Assembly: GCA_052327205.1 (NCBI GenBank)
Contig: JBMRGM010000037.1
Coordinates: forward strand, 124,001 to 188,000
Reading direction: 5' to 3'
Source: Somniosus microcephalus
Taxonomy: Eukaryota
Length of the DNA stretch: 64,000 nucleotides
The notes beneath the pieces are model-generated. The model searched no databases, was not told the DNA's origin, and worked only from the letters and a program-made list of their open reading frames with translations. Positions 13,708 through 26,135 of this stretch are shown here, piece after piece. The position numbers and the translations under genes are program-made. The number at the start of each line of letters is the position of its first letter. Positions within the stretch are counted from its first letter, which is position 1.

Positions 13708-14063
13708 AATCACAGAATCACAGAAACACCACAGTGCAGATAGAGGCCATTTCGGCCCATCGAGCCTGCACCGACACATATCCCACCCGATCCCCGTAAC
13801 CCCTACACCAACACATATCCCACCCTATCCCCGTAACCCCATGTATTTAATCCCCCTAACACTAAGGGTCAATTTATCATAGCCAATCATCCTAACCCGC
13901 ACATCTTTGGACTGTGGGAGGAAACCGGAGCACCCGGAGGAAACCCACGCAAACACGGGGAGAATGTGCAAACTCCGCACAGACAGTCACCCGAGGCCGG
14001 ATTCGAACCCGGATCCCTGGCGCTGTGAGGCAACAGTGCTAACCACTATGCCACCGTGCTGCC
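13708..14063 (-). mobile_element. tRNA-derived V-SINE (HE1-like, elasmobranch type) inserted in the CR1
   Basis: Minus strand begins GGCAGCACGGTGGCATAGTGGTTAGCAC (A box) ... GGTTCGAATCC (B box), then V-domain GGGTTTCCTCCGGGTGCTCCGGTTTCCTCCCACAGTCCAAAGA, then a CR1-like tail ending (TTCTGTGA)n. Confidence 0.85.
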
Positions 14064-14611
14064 TTAGAGTCCTCGAAGGTCTTAGAGAGGGTGCAGAAAC
14101 AGGTTTACGAGAACGTTTCCAGGGATGAGAGGCTTCAGTTACGTGGATAGACTGGAGAAGCTGGTATTGTTCCTCTTAGAGCAGAGAAGTTTGAGAGGAG
14201 ATTTGAAAGCGGCGTTCAAAATTATGAGGAGATTGGACAGAGTAGAGAGAAACGGTTCCCAATGGCTGAAGGGTCGAGAACCAAAGGACACAGATTTAAG
14301 GTGATTGGCAAAACAACCAACGGCAACATAGGAAATACATTTTTAGTCAGCGAGTTGTTAATATCCACAAAACAATGCCTGAAAGGGTGGTGGAGGCAGA
14401 CTCAGTCATGGCTTTCAGAAGGGAGTCGGATAAGCACTTGAAGAAAAAAAATGCAGTGCTGCAGGGAAAGCGTGGAGGAGTGGGACTAACTGCTCTTGCA
14501 GAGAGCTGGCATGGGCTCGGCGGGGCGAATGGCCTTCTTCCATGCTGGAGCCATTCTATGATTCTATGAAATTCTGGGACCCGCAGAATGTACCGGAAAA
14601 TGAGACCCATC

Positions 14612-16535
14612 ATTTACTCTCTGTCCCCGTTCTATATTCCCATCTATCCTGGGTATCTCCCTTTATTCTCTGTCCCCGTTCTATATTCCTCCCTATCCCG
14701 GGTATCTCCCTTTACTCTCTGTCCCCGTTCTATATTCCCCTCTATCGTGGGTATCTCCCTTTACTCTCTGTCCCAGTTCTATATTCCCCACTATCCCGGG
14801 TATCGCCCTTTATTCTCTGTCCCTGTTCTATATTCCCCTCTATCCCGGGTATCTCCCTTTACTCTCTGTCCCCCTTCTATATTTCCCGCTATCTCGGGTG
14901 TATCCCTTTGCTCTCTGTCCCCGTTCTATATTCCCCTCTATCCCGGGTATCTCCTTTACTCTCTGTCCCCGTTCGATATTCCCCTCTATCCTGGGTATCT
15001 CCCTTTAAACTCTGTCCCCGTTCTATATTCCCGGCTATCCTGGGTATTACCCTTTATTCTCTGTCCCCGTTCTATATTCCCCTCTATCCCGGGTATCCCC
15101 ATTCACTCTCTGTCCCTGTTCTATATTCCCCTCTATCCCGGGTATCTCCCTGAACTCTCTGTCCCCGTTCTATATTCCACTCTATCCCGGGTATCTCCCT
15201 TTACTCTCTGCCCCGTTCTATATTCCCCTCTATCCCGGGTATCTCCCTTTACTCTCTGTCCCCGTTCTATATTCCCCTCTATCTCGGGTATGTCCCTTTA
15301 CTCTTTGTCGCCGTTCCATATTCCCCTCTATCCCTGGTATCTCCCTTCACTCTCTGTCCCAGTTCTATAATCTCCTCTATCCCGAGTACCTCCCTTTACT
15401 CTCTGTCCCCGTTCTATATTCCCCTCTATCCCTGGTGTCTCCCTTTACTCTCTGTCCCGGTTCTATATTCTCCTCTATCCCGGGTATCACCCTTTACTCT
15501 CTGTCCCCGTTCTATAATCTACTCTATCCCAAGTATCTCCATTTACTCTCTGTCCTATTCTATAATCTCCTCTATCCCTGGTATCTCCCTTCATTCTCTG
15601 TCCCCGTTCTATTTTACCCTCTATCCCGGGTATCTCCCTTTACTCTCTGTCCCAATTCTATAATCTCCGCTAACCCTGGTATCTCCCATTAGTCTCTGTC
15701 CCAGTTCTATATTCTCCTCTGTCCCTGTTATCTCCATTTACTCTCTGTCGCAGTTCTATAATCTCCTCTATGCCTGGTATCTCCCTTTTCTCTCTGTCCC
15801 CGTTCTATATTCCCCTCTATCCTGGATATCTCCCTTTACTCTCTGTCCCAGTTCTATAATCTCCTCTATCCCTGGTATCTCCCTTTATTCTCTGTCCCCG
15901 TTCCATATTCCCCTCTATCCCGGGTATCTCCCTTTACTCTCTGTCCCCGTTCTATATTCTCCTCTATCCCCGGTATCTCACTTTACTCTCTGTCCCCGTT
16001 CTATATTCTACTCTATCCCGGGTATCTCCCTTTACTCTCTGTCCCCGTTCTATATTCTCCTTTATCCCGGGTATCTCCCTTTACTCTCTGTCACCGTTCT
16101 ATATTCCCCTCTATCCCGGGAATCTCCCTTTGCTCTCTGTCCCCTTTCTATATTCTTCTCTATCCCGGGTATCTCACTTTACTCTCTGTCCCCATTCTAT
16201 ATTCCCCTCTATCCCGGGTATCTCACTTTAATCTCTGTCCCCGTTCTATATTCCCCTCTACCCCTGGTATCTCCCTGTACTCTCTGTCCCCGTTCTATAT
16301 TCCCCTCTATCCCGGGTATCTCCCTTTACACTCTGTCCCCGTTCTATATTCCCCTCTATCCCGGGTATCTCCCTTTACTCACTGTCCCTGTTCTGTATTC
16401 CCCTCTACCCCGGGTGTCTCCCTTTACTCTCTGTCCCCATTCTATATTCCCCTCTATCCCGGGTATCTCCCTTAACTCACTGTCCCAGTTCTATATTCTC
16501 CTCTATCCCGGGTATCTCCCTTCACTCTCTGTTTC
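14612..16535. repeat. 49-bp minisatellite, ~39 copies
   Basis: Unit ACTCTCTGTCCCCGTTCTATATTCCCCTCTATCCCGGGTATCTCCCTTT; GGGTATC recurs at 14651 and 14700. Confidence 0.96.
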
Positions 16536-16708
16536 TCTCTGTAGAGTTCGGTTGTTTCCCTATCCCTGGAAAGACTCCCTGTCCCATTGTTCTGACTGTT
16601 GATCTCGGTCTCCCTGATGTTCCCATTCCTAATCTCAAACTTTGTTCACTTCTGTACATTTAATCCTCGCTTATCGACTAGTTTATCGGTAATTTCCCCT
16701 CACGTTAC

Positions 16709-16853
16709 CTTTTAAATCTGTACCATCCTCGGGTAACATTCCAATCACACTTCACCTGGTGATAGCAGTGAGTCCCACTACAGTCCGTGCTCCTCCAGGG
16801 CTGGTCCAGGACTGTGTGATTTTCACACGGGTCAGTGAGTATGGAGTCTGCAA
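16709..16853 (-). CDS. Coding exon 2 of the uromodulin/GP2/OIT3-like gene (N-terminal half of the D8C/D10C domain)
   Basis: Acceptor ttctgtaactcag| and donor AAAAG|gtaacg; 145 nt, phase 1/2. Translates (I)ADSILTDPCENHTVLDQPWRSTDCSGTHCYHQVKCDWNVTRGWYRFK, with the DPC..L..PWRS and CD....GWYRF hallmarks. Confidence 0.9.
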
Positions 16854-17364
16854 CTGAGTTACAGAAATATGCTTAATGATAATAGTTAATGTTACACAAC
16901 AGCTTCTACCCCCCGAAGCATCAATAACCTCAGTCTCAATCTCTACCCTTGTAGATAGTCCGCAAATGAATTGTGGAATCGTTCCTCCTTCTCTAAACCA
17001 GGTTTCCATCTGTCTCCCAGCCCAACCTCCCCACTAACTCACTGCTCACAGACAGTCCTCCCTATTCTAGATGATCCCTTCGCTCTCAGGTAACAGAAAG
17101 CAGCAATAACCTCATCTTCACTTCGTCCAATAGAAAAGCAGCACATTTAAAGCTGGAATTTAGCGATTCTGTAAACCAGGCTTCGTTCTGTGTCCCTATA
17201 ATTTGGGCTCCGTTTTACTTCTATTAACACAAAGACTCAGGACGTCCGGCTCACTCTCACACACCTCACAGAATGATCTCTCTGTTATACATTAACAACA
17301 GAACGCCTTGTACCCGGGTCAGTTTCAGGAAGCAGTTCACTCGGGCACCTGCAGACTGAGCTGC

Positions 17365-19707
17365 TGAACACTGAGTGCAGATGGTGAGGGACATTCGATG
17401 GTCAGTGAGAGATATCATGGGGTATCTCAGTCCCCAGGTGAACACTTAGTGCAGATGGTGAGGGACTCTCGATAGTCAGTGAGAGATATCATGGGGTATC
17501 TCATTCCCCAAGTGAACACTGAGTGCAGATGGTGAGGGATACTCGATGGTCAGTGAGAGATATCATGGGGTATCTCAGTCCCCAGGTGAAAACTGAGTGC
17601 AGATGCTGAGGGACTCTCGATTGTCAGTGAGAGATATCATGGGGTATCTCAGTCCCCAGGTGAACACTGAGTGCAGATGGTGAGGGCCTCTCGATGGTCA
17701 GTGAGAGATATCATGGGGTATCTCAGTCCCCAGGTGAACAATGAGTGCTGATGGTGAGGGACTCTCGATGGTCAGTGAGAGATATCTTGGGGTATCTCAG
17801 TCCCCAGGTGAACACTGAGTGCACATGGTGAGGGACACTCGATGGTCAGTGAGAGATATCATGGGGTATCTCAGTCCCCAGGTGAACACTGAGTGCAGAT
17901 GGTGAGGGACTCTCGATGGTCAGTGAGAGATATCATGGGGTATCTCAGTCCCCAGGTGAACACTGAGTGCATCTTGTGAGAGACTCGCGATGGCCAGTGA
18001 GAGATATCATGGGGTATCTCAGTCCCCAGGTGAACACTGGGTGCAGATGGTGAGGGACTCTCGATGGCCAGTAATAGATATCATGGGGTATCTCAGTCCC
18101 CAGGTGAACACTGAGTGCAGATGGTGAGGGCCTCTCGATGGTCAGTGAGAGATATCATGGGGGATCTCAGTCCCCAGGTGAACACTGAGTGCAGATTGTA
18201 AGGGACTCTCGATGATCAGTGAGAGATATCATGGAGTATCTCAGTCCCCAGGTGAACACTGAGTACAGATGGTGAGGGACACTCGATGGTCAGTGAGAGA
18301 TATCTTGGGGTATCTCAGTCCGCAGGAGAATACTGAGTGCAGATGGTGAGGGAAACTCGATGGTCAGTGAGAGATATCATGGGGTATCTCAGTCCCCAGG
18401 AGAACACTGAGTGCAGATGTTGAGGCATTCTCGATGGTCAGTGAGAGATATCATGGGGTATCTCAGTCCCCAGGTGAACACTGAGTGCCGATAGTGAGGG
18501 ACTCTCGATGGTCAGTGAGACACGTCAAGGGGTATCTCAGTCTCCAGGTGAACACTGAGTGCAGATGGTGAGGGACTCTCGATGGTCAGTGAGAAACATC
18601 AAGGGGTATCTCAGTCCCCAGGTGAACACTGAGTGCAGATGGTGAGGGACACTCGATGGTCAGTGAGAGACATCACGGGGTATCGCAGTCCCCAGGTGAA
18701 CACTGAGTGCAGATGGTGATGGACACTCGATGGTCAGTGAGAGACATCATGGGGTATCTCAGTCCCCAGGTGAACACTGAGTGCAGATGTTGAGGCACTC
18801 TCGATGGTCAGTGAGAGATATCATGGGGTCTCTCAGTCCCCAGGTGAACACTGAGTGCAGATGGTGAGGGACACTCGATGGTCAGTGAGAGATATCATGG
18901 GGTATCTCAGTCCCCAGGTGAACAATGAGTGCCGATGGTGAGGGTCTCTCGATGGTCAGTGAGAGATATCATGGGGTATCTCAGTCCCCAGGTGAACATT
19001 GAGTGCACATGTTGAGGCACTCTCGATGGTCAGTGAGAGCTATCATGGTGTATCTCAGACCCCAGGTGAACACTGAGTGCAGATGGTGAGGGACACTCGA
19101 TGGTCAGTGAGAGATATCATGGCGTATCTCAGTCCCCAGGTGAACACTGAGTGCAGATGCTGAGGGACACTCGATGGTCAGTGAGAGATATCATGGGGTA
19201 TCTCAGTACCCAGGTGAACACTGAGTGCAGATGGTGAGGGATTCTCGATGGTCAGTGAGAGACATCATGGGGTATCTCAGTCCCCAGGTGAACACTGAGT
19301 GCAGATGGTGAGGGACACTCGATGGTCAGTGAGAGATATCACGGGGTATCTCAGTCCCCAGGTGAACACTGAGTGCTGATGGTGAGGGACTCTCGATGGT
19401 CAGTGAGAGATATCATGGGGTATCTCAGACCCCAGGTGATCATTGAGTGCAGATGGTGAGGGACACTCGATGGTCAGTGAGAGATATCATGGGGTATCTC
19501 AGTCCCCAGGTGAACACTGAGTGCAGATGTTGAGGCGCTCTCGATGGTCAGTGAGAGATATCATGGTGTATCTCAGTCCCCAGGTGAACACTGAGTGCAG
19601 ATGGTGAGGGACACTCGATGATCAGTGAGAGATATCATGGGGTATCTCAGTCCCCAGGTGAACACTGAGTGCAGATGTTGAGCCACTCTCGATGGTCAGT
19701 GTGAGAT
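17365..19707. repeat. 74-bp minisatellite, ~31 copies
   Basis: Unit GAACACTGAGTGCAGATGGTGAGGGACTCTCGATGGTCAGTGAGAGATATCATGGGGTATCTCAGTCCCCAGGT; period 74 (17438 to 17512). Confidence 0.96.
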
Positions 19708-19921
19708 AACTTTCTATTGTTGGTTCTTAATTGAAAAACTATAAAATTATGTATATATATTATATTTATTATATATATATGAAAATTGAATATATTTACA
19801 CTGAATATATAAATAAATTGGAAGCTGGATATCAAAGGCAATTAATAATATGTTATGCAAATTGATCGATATATATTCTGATAAAATACTGAGTATATGA
19901 CTAACTTATAATCATATATTA

Positions 19922-20470
19922 GTACAGCACTGAGGGAGGCCATTCGGCCCATCGAGTCTGTGTTGGCTTTTTTGAAGATCATTCCAGGTAGTCACACTCT
20001 CCCGCTCTTTCGCCATAACCCAGAAACCTTTCTCCTTCAATTATTTATCCAATTCCCTTTTGAAGACTACAAATGAATCTGTTTCCATCACCCTATCAGG
20101 CAGTGCTTTCCAAATCCTAACCACTCCTTGTGCAAAAAAGCTTTATCTCGTGTCTGCTCTGGTTATTTTCACAATCACTGTAATATTGTGCCATCTTGTT
20201 GTCGATCCTTCAGCCAGTGGAAACAGTTTCTCTTTATTTTCTTTATCTAAATCCTTCATGAATTTAAACCCCCCTATCGAATCTCCCCTTAGCCTTCTCT
20301 GATTTAAGGTTAAACACTCAGTTTCTCCGATCGTGCCTGGTAACTCTAATCAGTCATCCCTGGAACCATTCTAGTAAATCACTTCTGTACCCTCTCCAAA
20401 GCATTCACTTCATTCCTTAAACGTGGTGCCCAGAATTGGATACAATTCTCCAACTGGTACCAAACCCGTG
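19922..20470 (-). mobile_element. CR1 LINE 3' fragment
   Basis: GGAGGCCATTCGGCCCATCGAG 3' terminal motif plus reverse-complemented ORF2 C-terminus, homologous to 13600-14560. Confidence 0.8.
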
Positions 20471-20825
20471 AATAAGAAATATAAATGTTATGATAAGTAC
20501 AAGAACTGAAATTAAAGATGAAAAATAAATGACAATGTGAAATATAAACAAACATAAAAATGTAAATTATAATTTAAAAGTACTAATACATAAGTGTAAG
20601 TAATAACATTAAAAAACAAATACAGCTCGCTAAATATTTGAAAGAAGTGTGTAAATATAAATAATATTCATAATATTTATGCAAATAAAGTGCAATGATT
20701 TCAGGACATCTTAACACATAGAAACAATTCGCAATTCTCTTGCGGTGAAAACAGAGCCAAGGAAGGAGGAGAATAAATAATATCAATCAATAATGCAAAT
20801 ATTACAGATCTATTACAAATCCTTA

Positions 20826-22909
20826 ATAATAACAACAACTTGTATTTATATAGCATCTTTAACGTAGTAAAACTTCCCAAGGCGTTGCACAGGAGTAGTT
20901 TAAAAGATATAATTTGACACCGAGTCACTAATGATAAATTAGGTCAGGTGATCAAAAGCTGGCTCTGAAAGCTACGTTTTAAGGAGCGCCTTAACGGAGG
21001 AAAGTGAGGTAGCAGGATGGAGAGGTTTAGGCAGGGAATTCCAGAGCTTGGGGCCTAGGCAACAGAAGGCACGGCCACCAAAGGTTGAGCGATTGTAATC
21101 AGGGAGGCTCAAGAGTCCAGAATTAGAGGAGCACAATTATCTTGGGGGGATTTGGGGCTGAAGGAGATTACTGAAATAGGAAGGGGCAAGGATATGGAGG
21201 GATTTGAAAACAAGGATGAGAATTTTGAAATCGAGCTGCTGCTTAATCGGGAGCCAATGTAGATCAGTGGGCACAGGGGAGATGGGCGAATGGGGCTTGT
21301 TACGGAGGTGGAAGTAGGCGGTCATTGTTGTGCTGTGGATGTGTGCTCAGAAGCACATTTCAGTTCAAATTTGACAACAAGGTTGCGAACAGTGTGGTTC
21401 AGCCACACACAGATGTTAGGGAGATGGATGGAGTGAGTGGCTAGGGAATGGAGTTAGTGACGGGGAACGAAAATTTTGCCTTTGATCTTCGTAATATTAA
21501 ATTGGAGAAAGTTTTTGCTCATCCAGCACATTATGTCGGAGAAGCATTCTCACAATTGAGAGGCGATGGAGGGGGGACAGAAGAGGTAGTGAGGTAGAGT
21601 TGGGTGTCGTCAGTATACCTGTGGAAACTGAAGCTGTGTTTTCACAAGATGTCACCAAGGGGCAGCATCTGGATGGGAAATAGGAGGGGCAAAGAATAGA
21701 TCCTTGGGGGCACCCGAGTTAACGATGCGGGAGGTGAAGAGAAGCCATTGCAGGTGATATTAGATAGATATGAATTGAACCTGGTGAGTGCAGTCCCAAA
21801 CAGCTCAACGATGGTTCAGAAATGTTGGAGAAGAATGGAGTGTTCAACCATGTCGACGGCTGCAGGTAAGTCAAGAAGGCTGAGGAGGGATAGTTTACCT
21901 TTTTCACATTCAAAAAGGATGTCATTTGTGACTTTGCTGAGAGCTGTTTCGGTACTGTGGCAAGGGCGGAAATCTGGTTGGAGCAGTTCAAACATGGCAT
22001 TGAGGAAAAGATGGGCACGGATATGCGAGTCGACAACACGTTCAAGAAATTTGGAGAGGAAAGGGAGGTTGGAGATCGGGTGCTAGTTTATTAGACGGAG
22101 GGATCACGGTTTCATTTTTTGAGGATCGTGGTAATGATGGAATACTTGAGGTAGAGTGAGACAGTACCTGAGGAGAGGGAAGCGTTAACAATATCAGCTA
22201 ACATGGTAGCCAGAAAAGGAAGTTGGATGGTCAACAGTTTGGTGGGAATAGGTTCGAGGGACGGAAGGTGGGTCTCATTGACAAGTTGAGCGCAGAGAGG
22301 TCATGAGGAGAGGTCAGAGAGAAACTGCAGAAAAATGTCAGTTCAGGGCTCGGGAAGGGGGGAATTGCAGATGAAGTTTGGCCCAGTGGGCTAGGGAAAG
22401 GAAGTGAAGTTACAGAGGCAGCTGAACAGATAGTCTCAATCTTAGAGACAAAGAAGTCCATGAGCTCCTCACATGTTATCGGAGGTGAATGTGGAGGAGA
22501 CAGGGGTGAGGAGTTAAGAAGTCGGTTAGCAGTAGAGAATAGGAGCCAGAGTTTATCTTTCCATTCCAGAATGATTCTGGAATAGTGAGCAATTTTGGTA
22601 GATGAGAGCAGGACCCGATAGTGCTTTTTGTGTTCCAGCCAGATCTGGCGGTGAAAGACTGAACCAGATGTCCGCCATTTCCATTCAAGTCTGCTTCCCT
22701 TGCACATAAGGGAACGAAGATGAGAGCTTTACCAGGAAGAAAGGCCAGGGAGAGAGAGGGTAATTGTTTTAGTATGGACTAGGGCATCAAATGTGCTGGT
22801 GTGGAGGTGGTTGAGCAGATCAGTAGCTGTAGAAATGTCATGGTGAATGGAGGGACAGTGGCTAGACAGTTGGATTTTCTTAAGTGCAGTTGGGAGTTGG
22901 GAATTCCTG
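20826..22909 (-). mobile_element. L2-clade LINE fragment (RT and 3' end)
   Basis: Minus-strand pieces KIAHYSRIILE, LMDFFVSKIETI, an LDL.AA.D.V.H-like RT segment, and TDLHWLPIKQQLDFKILILVFKSLH.LAPSY. 3' end GCTATATAAATACAAGTTGTTGTT. Confidence 0.85.
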
Positions 22910-23839
22910 AATAAATAATATCAATCATTAATACAAATATTAAAGATCTATTACAAACCCATATTAAATCATTTCAATCAATAATGCAAATATTAACGAT
23001 CTTTTGCAAATCCTTAATAAATAACATCAATCAATAATGAAAATATTATGACCTATTACAAATGCATAATGAATAATATCAATCAATAATGTAAATATTG
23101 TAGATCTATTACAAATATTTAACAGATCATATCTATCAAAAATGCAAATATTAAAGATCTATTACAAATCCTTGAAATAACATCAATCGATCAGGCAAAT
23201 ATTACAGATCTATTATAAATCCATGTTAAATTATATCGATCACTCACGCAAATACTAAAGATCTATTACAAATCCATAATAAATAATATTGATCAATAAT
23301 GCATATATTAAAGTTATATTGCTAATCCATAATTAATAACAATCAATAAGGAAAATATTAAAGATATATTACAAACGCTTAATAAATAACATCAATCAAT
23401 AATGCAAATATTATAGGACTATTACAAATCATTAACAATTAACATCAATCAATATTTGAAATATTTAAGATATATTGCAAATCGATAAATAAAAATACAA
23501 TCAATAATGCAAATATTATAGACCTATTACAAAGCCTTAATAAATAACATCAATCAATAATGCAAATATGAAAGATCTATTTCAAATCTGTAAAAATTAA
23601 CACCAATAATGCAAGTATTAAAGACCTATTACAAATCCTTAATAAATAACATCAATCAATAATGCAAATAGTAAAGATTCATTACAAATCCTTAACATCG
23701 ATCAATAATTCAAATATTAAAGATATATTGCAAATACATAATTAACAACACAAACCAAGCATTAAAATATTAAAGAACTATTAAAATCATTAATAAATAA
23801 CTTTAATCAATAATGCAAATTTAAAAGATCTATTGCAAA

Positions 23840-24854
23840 TCTATATATATAAATGGATACTTCTGTCTGTCTGTCCTTCTGTCCTCAGGTGTGCGTCTGT
23901 CCGGCTATGTGCTCGAAAGTTATAGAGCGCACCTACGTGCGCGTTACCTCCAAAGAAAGCTTACGGTTCCGGGACGGTCGTAGGCATATTTACTTTTCGG
24001 TCAGACGAAAATTGTTCGCGCCTTATGCAAAAAACCTTCAAAATTAAACTCATTATCTGCTACTTAGCATTGATTGACTGACGTCAAGGTTCGACCAATC
24101 CTGTGCCGTCACGATTGACCAATCCTACAGTACGGTCCCCTGATGGTTGGCCAATCGGTGTGTGTGTGTGTGGGCGGGACTCATCGTTTTCATCTCAGTG
24201 ATCTGGCAGCCATTGTTTCACTGCCATTACTTCAGCTTGCAGCTCAAACTACTTTGATCATCCAGCTTTGAAAAAGTTAGTATCTCTTTTAAAAATAAAT
24301 AAGATTTACCAGAAACATTTTAGAAGTACTTTCACTTTCATCTTTCAAGGTATTAAGTGTGTGTGTGGGCGGGACAAATCGTTTTCATCTCAGGGATCTG
24401 CCAGCCATTGTTTCACTGCTTGCAGCTCAAACTATTCTCCTTATCTAGCTTTGAAAAAGTTACTATCTCTTTTAAAAATAACATAAGATTTACCAAAAAC
24501 GTTTTATAAGTAATTTCACTTTCATCTTTCAAGGTATTAAAAGGTAGAAATGTTGCCCGGCAGCAGATTGAGAGAGGGACACAGACAGGGCCCAAAAGCC
24601 TGGGACTCGATTTAAAATGTTGCCCGGCAGCAGATTCACAGAGGGACACAGAGAGGTCCCAAAGCCTGGGACTCGATTTAAACCGCCCGGCCCAGAGAGA
24701 GGGACACAGACAGGGCCCAAAAGCCTGGGACTTGATTTAAAATGTTGCCCGGCAGCAGATTCACAGAATGACACAGAGAGGCCCCAAAGCCTGGCACTCG
24801 ATTTAAACCGCCCGGCCCAAAACAGCCCTGGCAAAGCCGGGCTCCCCCACCTAG
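23840..24854 (+). mobile_element. Non-autonomous Helitron (1015 bp)
   Basis: 5' TC(TATATATAT), (CTGT)n near the 5' end, 3' hairpin GCCCTGGC-AAA-GCCGGGC (24825-24842) followed by CTAG. Sits between A and T with no TSD; removing it restores the satellite unit. Confidence 0.82.
24079..24180. promoter_or_regulatory. Promoter-like motif cluster inside the Helitron
   Basis: Palindromic CRE TGACGTCA (24079-24086), CCAAT at 24095, 24119 and 24151, GC box GGGCGGGAC (24172-24180). Motif-only evidence. Confidence 0.45.
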
Positions 24855-24894
24855 TCTTTAATAAATAAGGTCAATCAAAAATGCAAATATTTAA

Positions 24895-26135
24895 AATAAC
24901 AACAGAAAATGCTGGAAAAACTCAGCCAGTCAGGCAACATCCGTGGAGAGAAATTTGAGTTGACGTTTTCGGTCGAACCCTTCTTCAAAACTGGAAAGAA
25001 AATTAAAATGATCGAAGGCAGGGCTGCGATCGGACAAAAGAAGTGAAAGAGACAAAAGATGTAAAAGAGACAATAAAAGGTATTCGAAGCAAGACGAGAT
25101 GGTAATAGCTGAGATTAGGTGTGAAGTGTACTGGCAGGCAAGAGATAGCTGCCAGGTGGGAGAGAGAAACAAAAGGAAAGGGGGGGGGGGAAAGGAGTGG
25201 TAAAATTACAAGTAAAAAAGGAATAGGGGCCAAGGTTATGATCTGAAATTTTTGAACTCGATATTGAGTCACGAAGGCTGCAAAGTGCCTAATCCGAAGA
25301 TGAGGTGCTGTTCCTCGAGTTTACGTTGAGCTTCCGTGGAACAATACAAGAGGCCAAGGATGGTGAGGTCCGAGTGGGAATGGAGCAGTGAATTAAAATG
25401 ACAGGCGACCGGAAGCTCGGGGTCACCCTTACAGACTGAACGGAGGTGTTCCGCAAAGTGGTCACCCAATCTGCGTTTGCTCTCCCCAATGTAGAGGAGA
25501 CCACATCGTGAGCAGCGAATACATTATATTGTTTGCGAGAAGTACAAGTAAATCGCTGTTTCACCTGGAAGGGGTGTTTGGGGCCCTGGACAGTGGGAAG
25601 GGGGTACGTATAGCGGCAGGTGTTATATCTCCCCTGCTTGCACGGGAAGGTGCCAGGCGAATTGGAAGGGCTGTTTGGGGTGGTAGAGGAGTGGACTAGG
25701 GTGTCTCGGAGGGGAGGGAATGATACGTTTGGAGGTGGGATCACTTTGGAGGTAGCGGAAATGCCAGAGGATGGTCCGTTGAATGTGGAGGCTGGTGGGT
25801 TGAAAGGTGAGGACAAGGGGAACCGTATTGTGGTTCCGGGATGGAGGGGCAGGGGTGAGGGCAGAAGTGCGGGAGATAGAACTGACACGGTCGAGGACAG
25901 TGTCAACCACGGTAGAGGGGAATCCTCGGTTGCGGATTCTTTTGTCTCTTTCACTTCATTTGTCAGATCGCAGCCCTGCCTTCGATCTATTTTATTTCCT
26001 TTCCAGTTTTGAAGAAGGATTCGACCCGAAACGTCAACTCAAATTTCTCTCCACGGATGTTGCCTGACCTGCTGAGTTTTTCCAGCATTTTCTGTTGTTA
26101 TTTCGGATTTCCAACATCTGCAGTATTTTGCTATC
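24895..26135 (-). mobile_element. 5'-truncated Penelope-like element with GIY-YIG endonuclease remnant and inverted pLTRs
   Basis: Minus-strand VPLVLTFQP...FTCTS...RRLGDHFAEHLRSV...PVACHFN...RKLEEQHLIFGLGTLQP. 24895-25075 is the reverse complement of ~25937-26103. 14-bp flanking direct repeat ATGCAAATATTTAA at 24881-24894 and 26136-26149. Confidence 0.88.
26000..26040 (+). ncRNA. Degenerate minimal hammerhead-ribozyme-like motif in the Penelope pLTR (second copy on the minus strand at ~24955-24997)
   Basis: TTGAAGA-AGG(A/G)TTCGACC(C)-GAAAC resembles the CUGANGA...GAAA core around a short stem II, but C3 is replaced by U. Penelope pLTRs are known to carry such motifs. Confidence 0.45.

Larger units (their letters stand above)
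9790..14568 (+). mobile_element. Long decayed CR1-clade LINE (ORF1 plus fragmented ORF2 endonuclease/RT); left boundary approximate
   Basis: ORF1 with SGNH/esterase motifs. ORF2 pieces: YDVVAIMETWL, NPKVFYRHI, PENWRVENVAPL, SGLPQ..VLGPL.FLIYIN, SKFADDTKLG. 3' end is ATTCTATGATTCTATG (CR1 8-bp terminal repeat). Confidence 0.9.

Noticed and set aside
13990-14063. Possible tRNA gene
   Set aside because: It is the tRNA-derived head of a SINE, continuous with the V-domain and LINE-like tail.
16752-17009. 85-aa ORF listed in the track over exon 2
   Set aside because: Wrong frame; the D8C-matching frame is bounded by splice sites at 16853 and 16709.
14612-19707. CRISPR-like appearance of the regular repeats
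   Set aside because: Units are head-to-tail with no unique spacers, there are no cas genes, and the context is eukaryotic.
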